DNA from: Rhodobacterales bacterium
GTDB lineage: Bacteria; Pseudomonadota; Alphaproteobacteria; Rhodobacterales; Rhodobacteraceae
DNA: 32,864 nt
Direction of reading: 5' to 3'
Assembly (NCBI GenBank): GCA_009992615.1
Contig: JAACVA010000186.1
Coordinates: 1-32,864 of the forward strand
Shown here: piece by piece, positions 25,909 through 32,864 of the stretch
How the letters are laid out: the number at the start of each line of letters is the position of its first letter
Numbering within the stretch: position 1 is the first letter of the stretch
Program-made: the position numbers and the translations under genes
Notes under the pieces: model-generated
What the model was told of the DNA's origin: nothing
Databases searched by the model: none
What the model saw: the letters and a program-made list of their open reading frames with translations, nothing else

Positions 25909-26565
25909 TCAGCGTCTTCCCACAGGGCGCGCCACAGGTCGCGCGATGGTGTGCCGCGATTCGGCGATGCCCGGCCCTTCAGGCGGTGTGACATCCCGCC
26001 AGGCCCCCGGTGCCAGCCCGTCGATTGCCCAGTCCCCCACACGCCAGCGCACCAGCCGCAGCGTCGGGTGGCCGATGGCCGCCGTCATTCGGCGCACCTG
26101 CCGGTTGCGGCCCTCCCGCAGAATGATCTGCAACCAGCAATCGGGCACCGTCTTGCGGAACCGGACCGGCGGATCGCGCGGCCAAAGATCGGGCGGGGCG
26201 ATGCGCTCAACCTCGGCGGGCCGGGTCAGGCCATCGTTCAACGCCACACCGCCGCGCAGAGCTTCGAGTGCGGATTGAACCGGCTCACCCTCCACCTGCA
26301 CCAGATAGGTCTTGGGCAGCTTGAACCTTGGATCGGCGATGCGCGCCTGCAACCGACCGTCATCCGTCAACAACAGCACTCCCTCGCTGTCCTTGTCCAG
26401 ACGCCCCGCCGGATAGAGGCCCGGCTGCGCGATATATCCGGCAAGCGTATCGCGCCGATCCGGCGACATACCACCGCTGAACTGCGACAGCACGCCATAA
26501 GGCTTGTTCAGCAAGATCAACCGCCCGCCCTTGGCGGCGGGGCGCGGGTGCCGGTGCGATTCCAT
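25909..26565 (-). CDS. rluE: rRNA pseudouridine synthase, RsuA family (RluE-like)
   Basis: LNKPYGVLSQF, AGRLDKDSEG (catalytic Asp), KTYLVQVEG, WPRDPPVRFRK and EGRNRQVRRMTAAIGHPTLRLVR; no S4 domain. Confidence 0.88.
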   Translation of the reverse strand: MESHRHPRPAAKGGRLILLNKPYGVLSQFSGGMSPDRRDTLAGYIAQPGLYPAGRLDKDSEGVLLLTDDGRLQARIADPRFKLPKTYLVQVEGEPVQSALEALRGGVALNDGLTRPAEVERIAPPDLWPRDPPVRFRKTVPDCWLQIILREGRNRQVRRMTAAIGHPTLRLVRWRVGDWAIDGLAPGAWRDVTPPEGPGIAESRHTIARPVARPVGRR

Positions 26566-26584
26566 GATCCTATCCTTGCGCGTT

Positions 26585-27937
26585 TCAGGACAGAACAAAA
26601 GGTCTGCTCTGCGGATCAGAGACCGACGAAACCCGCTGGTCGGCCTTGGCGATACGGTTGGTCAGGATCAGACCGTAAAAGGCAAAAAGCGCCGTCCATT
26701 CGACAAAAGACGGGTGACCGGAATCTCCCGAGATCCAGACCCGGAACAGCGGCACGATCGGCAGAACGGCAATCCATTCGGCGCGCACAGCCAAAACCCA
26801 ATAGCCTTTCTGCGTCACCGCCCGCACGACAAACAGAAACCACCCGATCACGATTGAAAGATAGGCAAATACCACAAGCACAAAGGCGAATATCCCGGCG
26901 TGCATCCAGGCCCCCAGAAACAGGTTGTGAACCGGCTGGCCCTTGAATGTGCCCAGACCCGACCCCCACAGCGGATTCTCCTCGATCCGCGCCAGCGCCC
27001 AGGCATATTGCCCAAGACGGTTGCCGGACGAGTCATCGGCAAATGAAAACCGTTCCCCGATCATCGCCACGGCGGCCGTGTCCATCGAAATGACCAGAAC
27101 CCCCCCTGCCATGAGTCCGAAAAACAGCAGGGTCTTCAACACGAGTGCACCAACGTCCCGGACGCCTTCGCGCATCGTGGCGATCCAGCCGGCGAATGGC
27201 AGAGCGATGGCGGCCAACAGAAGAACCGATCGCGTGTTCAGCACGACAAGTATCGCAAGCGCCAGCAACGTCACGATCTGGCCAAACCGGTCTGATCTGT
27301 CGCCCGGATGACCGGCCCGAAACAGGATCAATCCGGTCAGGATCGCCACAGCCACCGCGTTCTTGTCCGATGCCTGCGCCTCGACGCCGCTGGGCAGGAC
27401 CAGTTGAAACATCTGCTTCAGAAACTGGTAAAACACGAAATCCAGATCGCCCGACGAAACAAGGTGCTGAATAACGGTGATCCAGCTCAGCCCGATCTGC
27501 CAGGCAAGGACTTCGGACACCGCCAGAAAACTGACCAGCGCGAGAAAACCGCCGGTGCGGAACATCCGGGTGTCGGCACCCGTTGCCACGATGCCCAGCG
27601 CAAAGATACAGCCGCAGGTCAGAAAGAACACCTGTCGCAGGATCATGCCTTTCGTAGCGCCCCCTGCCAGGCCGAAATGCAGCACCACCAGATACAGCAG
27701 ATAGGCCACCAGCCAGGGCGCGACGGCAGACGGCAGATGCTTCAGCCCCAGCGCCAGGGGATCGGGGAACAGCCACAGCAATATCCCCAAAAGCAACGCC
27801 GCCGCATAGGGAAGCTGCAAATTGAAACCGCCAACCGTGGCAACGGGGATCCAGGACAATGGCAGCGCCGCAATCACCAGCGCCAGGGCACAGGGCAAAA
27901 CCCATCTGACCGACCGTGGCACCCGCGCCAGGGTCAT
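26585..27937 (-). CDS. O-antigen ligase / Wzy-type polysaccharide polymerase
   Basis: Multi-TM; LNTRS, SSGNRL, NPLWGSGLG and VHNLFL..W...G (Wzy_C pattern); ATGA overlap with the upstream gene. Confidence 0.8.
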   Translation of the reverse strand: MTLARVPRSVRWVLPCALALVIAALPLSWIPVATVGGFNLQLPYAAALLLGILLWLFPDPLALGLKHLPSAVAPWLVAYLLYLVVLHFGLAGGATKGMILRQVFFLTCGCIFALGIVATGADTRMFRTGGFLALVSFLAVSEVLAWQIGLSWITVIQHLVSSGDLDFVFYQFLKQMFQLVLPSGVEAQASDKNAVAVAILTGLILFRAGHPGDRSDRFGQIVTLLALAILVVLNTRSVLLLAAIALPFAGWIATMREGVRDVGALVLKTLLFFGLMAGGVLVISMDTAAVAMIGERFSFADDSSGNRLGQYAWALARIEENPLWGSGLGTFKGQPVHNLFLGAWMHAGIFAFVLVVFAYLSIVIGWFLFVVRAVTQKGYWVLAVRAEWIAVLPIVPLFRVWISGDSGHPSFVEWTALFAFYGLILTNRIAKADQRVSSVSDPQSRPFVLS

Positions 27938-30204
27938 GCGCGGCGTTTTTCGCTCACCGCTTCGCCACGGGGATCGGGCAACCGGTGCGCCTGAAGGCTG
28001 ATCAGTTTGTCGCGCGCGCGCATCGCGCGGGAATACAGCTTGTATGTCGAGCCGAGGCCGATTTCGTCATCGGCCGTGCAGCCATTCATCACCACGCCCG
28101 AAATCTTTGATTTCGGCAGGCGCCGAAACCCGCGCAGCGCCTGATCGCGAAGGGTGACGCCCCAGCGCACCACAAACAACAACTGATCGCTGTGCCGGGA
28201 CAGGATTGTGCAATCGGCGATATGGGCCACCGGCGGCCCGTCGATCACGACCAGGTCATAGGATTTGCGCGCCAGATCAAGAAATCTGGGCAGGTTCGGC
28301 GATTCAAGCGCGTTGTGGGTCATATTTGACAGCGTGCCGGCCGGCAGAATGTCAAGCGTGCCCTTTTCCATGATGTCGGGTGCCTGCCATGGCCCGCCGC
28401 TCAGGATGTCGGCAAGGCCGATGTCGTCTTCAAAGCCATATTTCACGGTCAGACCCGCCCGGCGCAGATCCCCGTCGATCAGAAGAACATTCTGCCCCGC
28501 AAGACTGGCCGACAGGGCCAGCGACGACGCAATCGAGGTTTTCCCCTCGCCCGCCGCATTCGAGGTCAGCAGGAACACAGGCGCGCGCCCATCCTCCGAA
28601 CCAGCCGAGAACAGCATATAGCGCAGGGCAGAGATTGTTTCGCTGAACGGCGAAAACGGCTCGATGGCGACGATACCGGGAATGTCGGCGCCTGATTTCA
28701 GCTTGGGTATCTGCGCCCGGACCCGCGTGTCCAGAAGATCTTCGATCTGTTGGACCGAGCGGAAGGTGCCATCCAGCGCCTCGCGCGACAGCCCGACGAT
28801 AACACCGATGCCGCTTCCCAACAGAAAGCTCATGATGACGAAAACCTTCACCGTCGGATAGAACGGCTCGATCGGAACCGTGGCCGATGTCATGACCTGC
28901 ACACCGCTGGTGGTGAACGAATTCAGTTCTGCGGCAAGACCGGCATTGTCAAGATAGCGCTGGTAATGCTGGCGCAGGGCCTCGGCCACCCTTTCAAGCT
29001 GGCGCAGCCCGACGGCAACCTGGGATTCGGCCTGGGTCTGCCCGCCGGCCTGCGACAGAGCCTCGCCCAGCAGAGCGGTGCGGCTTTCAAGGGTCTGCAC
29101 CTCATTGGCCAGGGTCGCAACGATGCGCGCAACCTCTGCATCCAGCTGATCGCGCATGGCGTCGTATTGCTGACGAACCTGCACCAGACGCGGGTTCGAC
29201 TGGGTCGAGCTTGTGCTCAAATCCCGTTCGCGCAGCTCAAGAAGCAACATCTGGTTGCGCAACTCATTGACGATCGGTGACAGCTGCACTTCGGGCAGGC
29301 TCAGGATGTCGCCACCCTCCTCCAGCACGACGCGCGCACGGTCCAGTGCTGCGGTTTTCTGGGCCAGATCCGCGCGTGCCCGTATCAGTTCCGCGTTGAT
29401 CTCAGTCAACAACTGCGCGGTCAGCGACGTGCCGTCCCCATCATTCAGAAGGCCGTTGGCGATGCGGTAATCGGTAACGGACGCTTCGGCGTCGCCCACC
29501 TGTTGGCGCAGTTCCTCGGCCCGGCCAGCAATCCAGTCGCTGAATGCGGCCGCGTCCTGCCGGCGCATCGCCAAGCGGATGTCGACAAAGGTTTCCGCCA
29601 CCAGCGCCGCCGTGCGTTGAGACAGCCCCGGAGAATTCGCACGCACACTGATAGTTATGACATTGGTGTCGCCTTCGCGCTCAACGCTCATCGCCTTCGC
29701 AAGAGTGTTCTTGGCGACAATCTCGGCGCGGCTGGGCCCACCGGCGGGACGGCTGCGGTCATCCGAGGCGGACCCGAGGATCATCGTCTTGGCCGCCGAG
29801 ATCGACCGCAGAACGATATTCACCGGCTGCGCCTGAAAGAACGCGATCTCGGTAAGGTTGCCACGCGCAACCACATTCAGCAGCGTGTCGTCGGCCTCGA
29901 TCAACAGGATCTGCCCGTCGACATAGGCCGTGTCGGCGGTGACGACACCGGCGCTTTCCGCCTCGATCGGGCTGGACGCCACCGGGTCGATCATCAACTG
30001 GACCGTGCTTTTGTACAGCCGCTCCATCCGCTGGGTCGCAACAAGCGTCAGAACGGCGAACGAGAAGCCAAACAGCAGGATCAGCCACAGGTGACGGCGC
30101 AAAAACCGCAGCGCCTGACGAAACACCTCGGACAGCGAAACCTCGCTGTTCGCCGGTGCCCCGTAACGGGGCCGCCCACCATTCCTGTCAGGCGACTGTG
30201 TCAT
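27934..30204 (-). CDS. Wzc/GumC/ExoP family polysaccharide co-polymerase with BY-kinase domain
   Basis: N-terminal TM plus Wzz region, coiled coil, second TM, TSNAAGEGKTS Walker A, LIDGDLR and VIDGPP. Confidence 0.9.
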   Translation of the reverse strand: MTQSPDRNGGRPRYGAPANSEVSLSEVFRQALRFLRRHLWLILLFGFSFAVLTLVATQRMERLYKSTVQLMIDPVASSPIEAESAGVVTADTAYVDGQILLIEADDTLLNVVARGNLTEIAFFQAQPVNIVLRSISAAKTMILGSASDDRSRPAGGPSRAEIVAKNTLAKAMSVEREGDTNVITISVRANSPGLSQRTAALVAETFVDIRLAMRRQDAAAFSDWIAGRAEELRQQVGDAEASVTDYRIANGLLNDGDGTSLTAQLLTEINAELIRARADLAQKTAALDRARVVLEEGGDILSLPEVQLSPIVNELRNQMLLLELRERDLSTSSTQSNPRLVQVRQQYDAMRDQLDAEVARIVATLANEVQTLESRTALLGEALSQAGGQTQAESQVAVGLRQLERVAEALRQHYQRYLDNAGLAAELNSFTTSGVQVMTSATVPIEPFYPTVKVFVIMSFLLGSGIGVIVGLSREALDGTFRSVQQIEDLLDTRVRAQIPKLKSGADIPGIVAIEPFSPFSETISALRYMLFSAGSEDGRAPVFLLTSNAAGEGKTSIASSLALSASLAGQNVLLIDGDLRRAGLTVKYGFEDDIGLADILSGGPWQAPDIMEKGTLDILPAGTLSNMTHNALESPNLPRFLDLARKSYDLVVIDGPPVAHIADCTILSRHSDQLLFVVRWGVTLRDQALRGFRRLPKSKISGVVMNGCTADDEIGLGSTYKLYSRAMRARDKLISLQAHRLPDPRGEAVSEKRRA

Positions 30205-30893
30205 TGCCCCCTGCGCTCTACGACCACTGCCGCCGTCTGAAACAACAATACCATGTCGCCGAAGAAGCTGGCGGTCCTGTAATAGTGCACGTCCATATCG
30301 ACCCGTTCCTCATAACTTACAGTGCCCCGGCCATGAACTTGCCAGATCCCGGTAAGACCGGGGCGCAGCGCCAGATATTTCTGACGGTGCCCGCTATATT
30401 TGCCGAGTTCTTCCTCGGTGACCGGCCTCGGGCCGACAAGGCTCATCTCGCCACGGATCACGTTAATCAACTGCGGCAGTTCATCCAAGCTTGTCCGCCG
30501 CAGAAACCGGCCGATTCGGGTGATTCGCGGGTCGTGTGCAAGCTTGTGATCCCGCGCCCACTCGGCCGCTGCTTTCGGATCGCTGGCCAGCAAATGGGCA
30601 AGAATTGTGGCGGAATCGGTACGCATGGTGCGAAATTTCAGGCATTTGAACCGCTGACCACACTGTCCGATCCGTTCGTGGCCAAACAGCGCCGGCCCGC
30701 CATCAAGCACAGCGAGGATCGCAACAAACACCATGATCGGCGCCGCGATGACGAGAATCAGCGCGGAAAGCGCCAAATCGAGCCACCTTTTAGAATATTT
30801 CATGTAAAATTCGTTGAAATGGGGGTGGTTCGATCCCTCAACCACGACCAGCGGCCTCGAGAGCACCTCTGGCAACTTTTTTTGCATCATCAT
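30201..30893 (-). CDS. Priming sugar (phosphoglycosyl) transferase, ExoY/WbaP-C type
   Basis: KRWLD, KFRTM, DPRITRIGRFLRRTSLDELPQLINV.RGEMSLVGPRP and PGLTGIWQV; start uncertain (30887-30947). Confidence 0.93.
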   Translation of the reverse strand: MMMQKKLPEVLSRPLVVVEGSNHPHFNEFYMKYSKRWLDLALSALILVIAAPIMVFVAILAVLDGGPALFGHERIGQCGQRFKCLKFRTMRTDSATILAHLLASDPKAAAEWARDHKLAHDPRITRIGRFLRRTSLDELPQLINVIRGEMSLVGPRPVTEEELGKYSGHRQKYLALRPGLTGIWQVHGRGTVSYEERVDMDVHYYRTASFFGDMVLLFQTAAVVVERRGQ

Positions 30894-30966
30894 CGCAGCG
30901 CCCGTCTCACATATTTGCCTTCTAATTTCCATAATTGATAGTTTCATGTTTCATGGGTGCCAGCTA

Positions 30967-30981
30967 GTAACACCCTGTTAA
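30967..30981. promoter_or_regulatory. CtrA-like box in the AT-rich divergent EPS promoter region
   Basis: GTAA-CACCCTG-TTAA (minus strand TTAA-N7-TTAC). Confidence 0.4.
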
Positions 30982-31155
30982 TTATTTTTTTTGTTGGCAA
31001 AATTTCCTTGACGGCCGCGACAGTGCACGCCTGCCTTGGAAATTGTGCTGAAGGTGCAAACAATCAAGACGGGCGACGCCACGTCAGGACCGTTGAAACA
31101 AGAGGCACGCGCTGGTGAAAGCCGCGAATCGTTCCCCGAAACCAAAGGCCTGAAG

Positions 31156-32262
31156 ATGCCAGATGCCCGTTGCCTTTCAATGCTGAGCCTTTGTGAAACC
31201 GCCAGTGGCGGCGTCGGGCGGTATCAGGAAAATCTGTTGGCCCTGGCCGATCACGGGATTGCCTGCCGTGTCCTGCTTCCCGATGCCGATCGTCACATTC
31301 TTGGCCCCGAGGCCGATGTGCTGACGTTTCACCGCGAACGGCGCGGCGGTTCTGCCCTGATTGCGTTTTTGCGGGCCTTTCTTGCCGAGCGTAAACGCAG
31401 CAAGCCTGACATCTATTTCTTCAACAGCACGTTTTCCCTGCTGCCGCTTGTCGTGCTGCGGCTTTTGCAGGACAAAACGCCCGCAATCTATTGCGCCCAC
31501 TGTTGGGCCATCGCCACGCAGGATGCCAACAGCTGGAAAGGCCACATGGTGCGCGCCGTCGAAGGCAATCTGTGCGGCCTTGCGGATCTGGTGATCAACG
31601 TGGCGCAGAACGACGCCGCCACCGCGCGGCGCTTTGGCTATCGCGGCAGGCAAATCGTGGTGGAACACGCGGTGCCGGCGGCTGACCCGCAGGCGCCGGA
31701 CGATCTGTTTGATCGGGCATCAACGGACGAGACCCATCTTCTGTTTGTCGGACGGTTTGATCGCCAGAAGGGGCTGGATCTTCTTTTGCCCGCCTTCACG
31801 CGGGCGCGGGCGCAGAACCCTGGCCTGCACCTGCATCTGGTCGGCGGCGCGGTGCGGGGCGGTGACACGCCGGAACCGCGTGACGGTGTGACCAATCATG
31901 GTTGGGCCAACCCCGATCAGATCGACAGTTATTGCAAATCAGCCGATGCGCTGATCGTTCCCTCCCGATGGGAGGCGGGGATGCCGCTGGTCGTGCTTGA
32001 GGCTCTGCGCAACGGCAGCCCGGTCTTTGCCTCAAGCGGCTGCGCCACCGATGGATTTCTTGAGCGCAACGGCTGCGGTGCCGGTTTCGATCTGGACGAG
32101 GATGACCTGAGCGCGCTGCTGGCAGGCCTGCGCCGCCCGGATCTGGCCGCGATGCGCCCCCGCGCACTGGCCGCGTTTCAGGCGCATTTCACGCTGGACC
32201 GGTTTACCGCCGAAATGGCGCAACACATCCGTGGTTTGACCAAAGGACACGACAATGACTGA
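31156..32262 (+). CDS. GT4 family glycosyltransferase
   Basis: SGGVGRY, LFVGRFDRQKGLD and VPSRWEAGMPLVVLEAL (E-X7/8-E type motif); start uncertain (31156 or 31180). Confidence 0.9.
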   Translation: MPDARCLSMLSLCETASGGVGRYQENLLALADHGIACRVLLPDADRHILGPEADVLTFHRERRGGSALIAFLRAFLAERKRSKPDIYFFNSTFSLLPLVVLRLLQDKTPAIYCAHCWAIATQDANSWKGHMVRAVEGNLCGLADLVINVAQNDAATARRFGYRGRQIVVEHAVPAADPQAPDDLFDRASTDETHLLFVGRFDRQKGLDLLLPAFTRARAQNPGLHLHLVGGAVRGGDTPEPRDGVTNHGWANPDQIDSYCKSADALIVPSRWEAGMPLVVLEALRNGSPVFASSGCATDGFLERNGCGAGFDLDEDDLSALLAGLRRPDLAAMRPRALAAFQAHFTLDRFTAEMAQHIRGLTKGHDND

Positions 32263-32864
32263 ACCTCTGGACGCGCTGCCGTCGCTTTTCATTGCCGGCG
32301 CCCCGAAATCTGGCACATCCTCGGTGTTCCGTTGGTTTGCGGATCATCCACAGGCCCACGGATCGACGCCAAAAGAGACATGTTTTTTCGCCGATCCGGA
32401 CAGTCATGTGTTTCAGCCCGCCTTCAACGTGGCCACTGGTCTCGATGCGCTGCGCACCGCGTTCCGCCCGGTGCCGCCAGAGGCCCGGCTGCTGCTGGAA
32501 GGGACGGCAAGCAATATTTACAGCCGCACCGCACTGCACTGGATTCCCGATCTGCCCACCCGGCCCCGCTGTCTGTTCATTTTGCGCGAACCGGCGGCGC
32601 AAATCCTTTCGACCTATACCTATTTCCGCAACAACTGGTCGGCGGTTCCGGCCGGTATGACGTTCGAGGCTTATCTCAAGGCGATCCAGAGCCGCAGCCA
32701 CGATTTTGGCGGCAACGAGCTGGCCCGTGACGCGTTGCAAAATGCCCGTTATGTCGATTGGCTGGGCAAATGGCGCGACAGGCTGGGGCGCGATCGGATG
32801 AAGGTGTGCACCTTTGACGCGCTGCGCCGTGACTCGCGTGCCTTCATGGCCGATCTGGCGATCT
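32255..32864 (+). CDS. PAPS-dependent sulfotransferase, partial (runs off the window; absent from the ORF track)
   Basis: Manual translation from ATG 32255 (AAAGGA RBS): FIAGAPKSGTSS (5'-PSB loop), HPQ..KETCFF and FILREPAAQILSTY (3'-PB motif). Confidence 0.88.
   Translation, partial: MTEPLDALPSLFIAGAPKSGTSSVFRWFADHPQAHGSTPKETCFFADPDSHVFQPAFNVATGLDALRTAFRPVPPEARLLLEGTASNIYSRTALHWIPDLPTRPRCLFILREPAAQILSTYTYFRNNWSAVPAGMTFEAYLKAIQSRSHDFGGNELARDALQNARYVDWLGKWRDRLGRDRMKVCTFDALRRDSRAFMADLAI

Noticed and set aside
25872-26042. N-terminal extension of the Hen1-like ORF in the ORF track
   Set aside because: Overlaps the rluE 3' end and shows no resemblance to the Hen1 N-terminal domain; ATG 25871 follows GGCGG-like spacing poorly but coincides with the start of the MTase homology
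1-32864. tRNA, rRNA, CRISPR array, IS/transposase, integrase, prophage genes
   Set aside because: No cloverleaf, repeat-spacer periodicity, terminal inverted repeats or recombinase/transposase motifs seen by eye

Overview
GC-rich alphaproteobacterial chromosomal segment; the gene content (DUF2312/GapR, cckA-recA-alaS-DUF1330, alpha-type LexA and CtrA boxes) fits Rhodobacteraceae/Roseobacter group. Left to right: (1) a GapR-like nucleoid gene, a small membrane protein and a decaying fatty-acyl-CoA cluster (catalytically degenerate ECH/HADH fusion, internally deleted APH-type phosphotransferase, truncated acyl-CoA dehydrogenase); (2) a BigR/SqrR-type regulator divergent from a persulfide dioxygenase-YeeE-YedE-DUF442 sulfur operon; (3) the core block rsmB-cckA-recA-alaS-DUF1330, with a perfect CtrA box before cckA and LexA plus CtrA-like boxes before recA; (4) an accessory transport/stress block (SLC13/TrkA-C permease, BCCT, K+ channel, MFS, DUF2254 and several gene remnants); (5) an orphan EB_dh/DOMON-type protein plus His-containing membrane protein with an FNR-like box; (6) a stand-alone Hen1-type RNA 2'-O-methyltransferase domain right behind rluE with no Pnkp in the window, which is the most unusual item; (7) a Wzy-type exopolysaccharide locus with a sulfotransferase running off the right end. 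I saw no tRNA, rRNA, CRISPR array or transposase. All family calls come from recognising motifs by eye; no database search was run.
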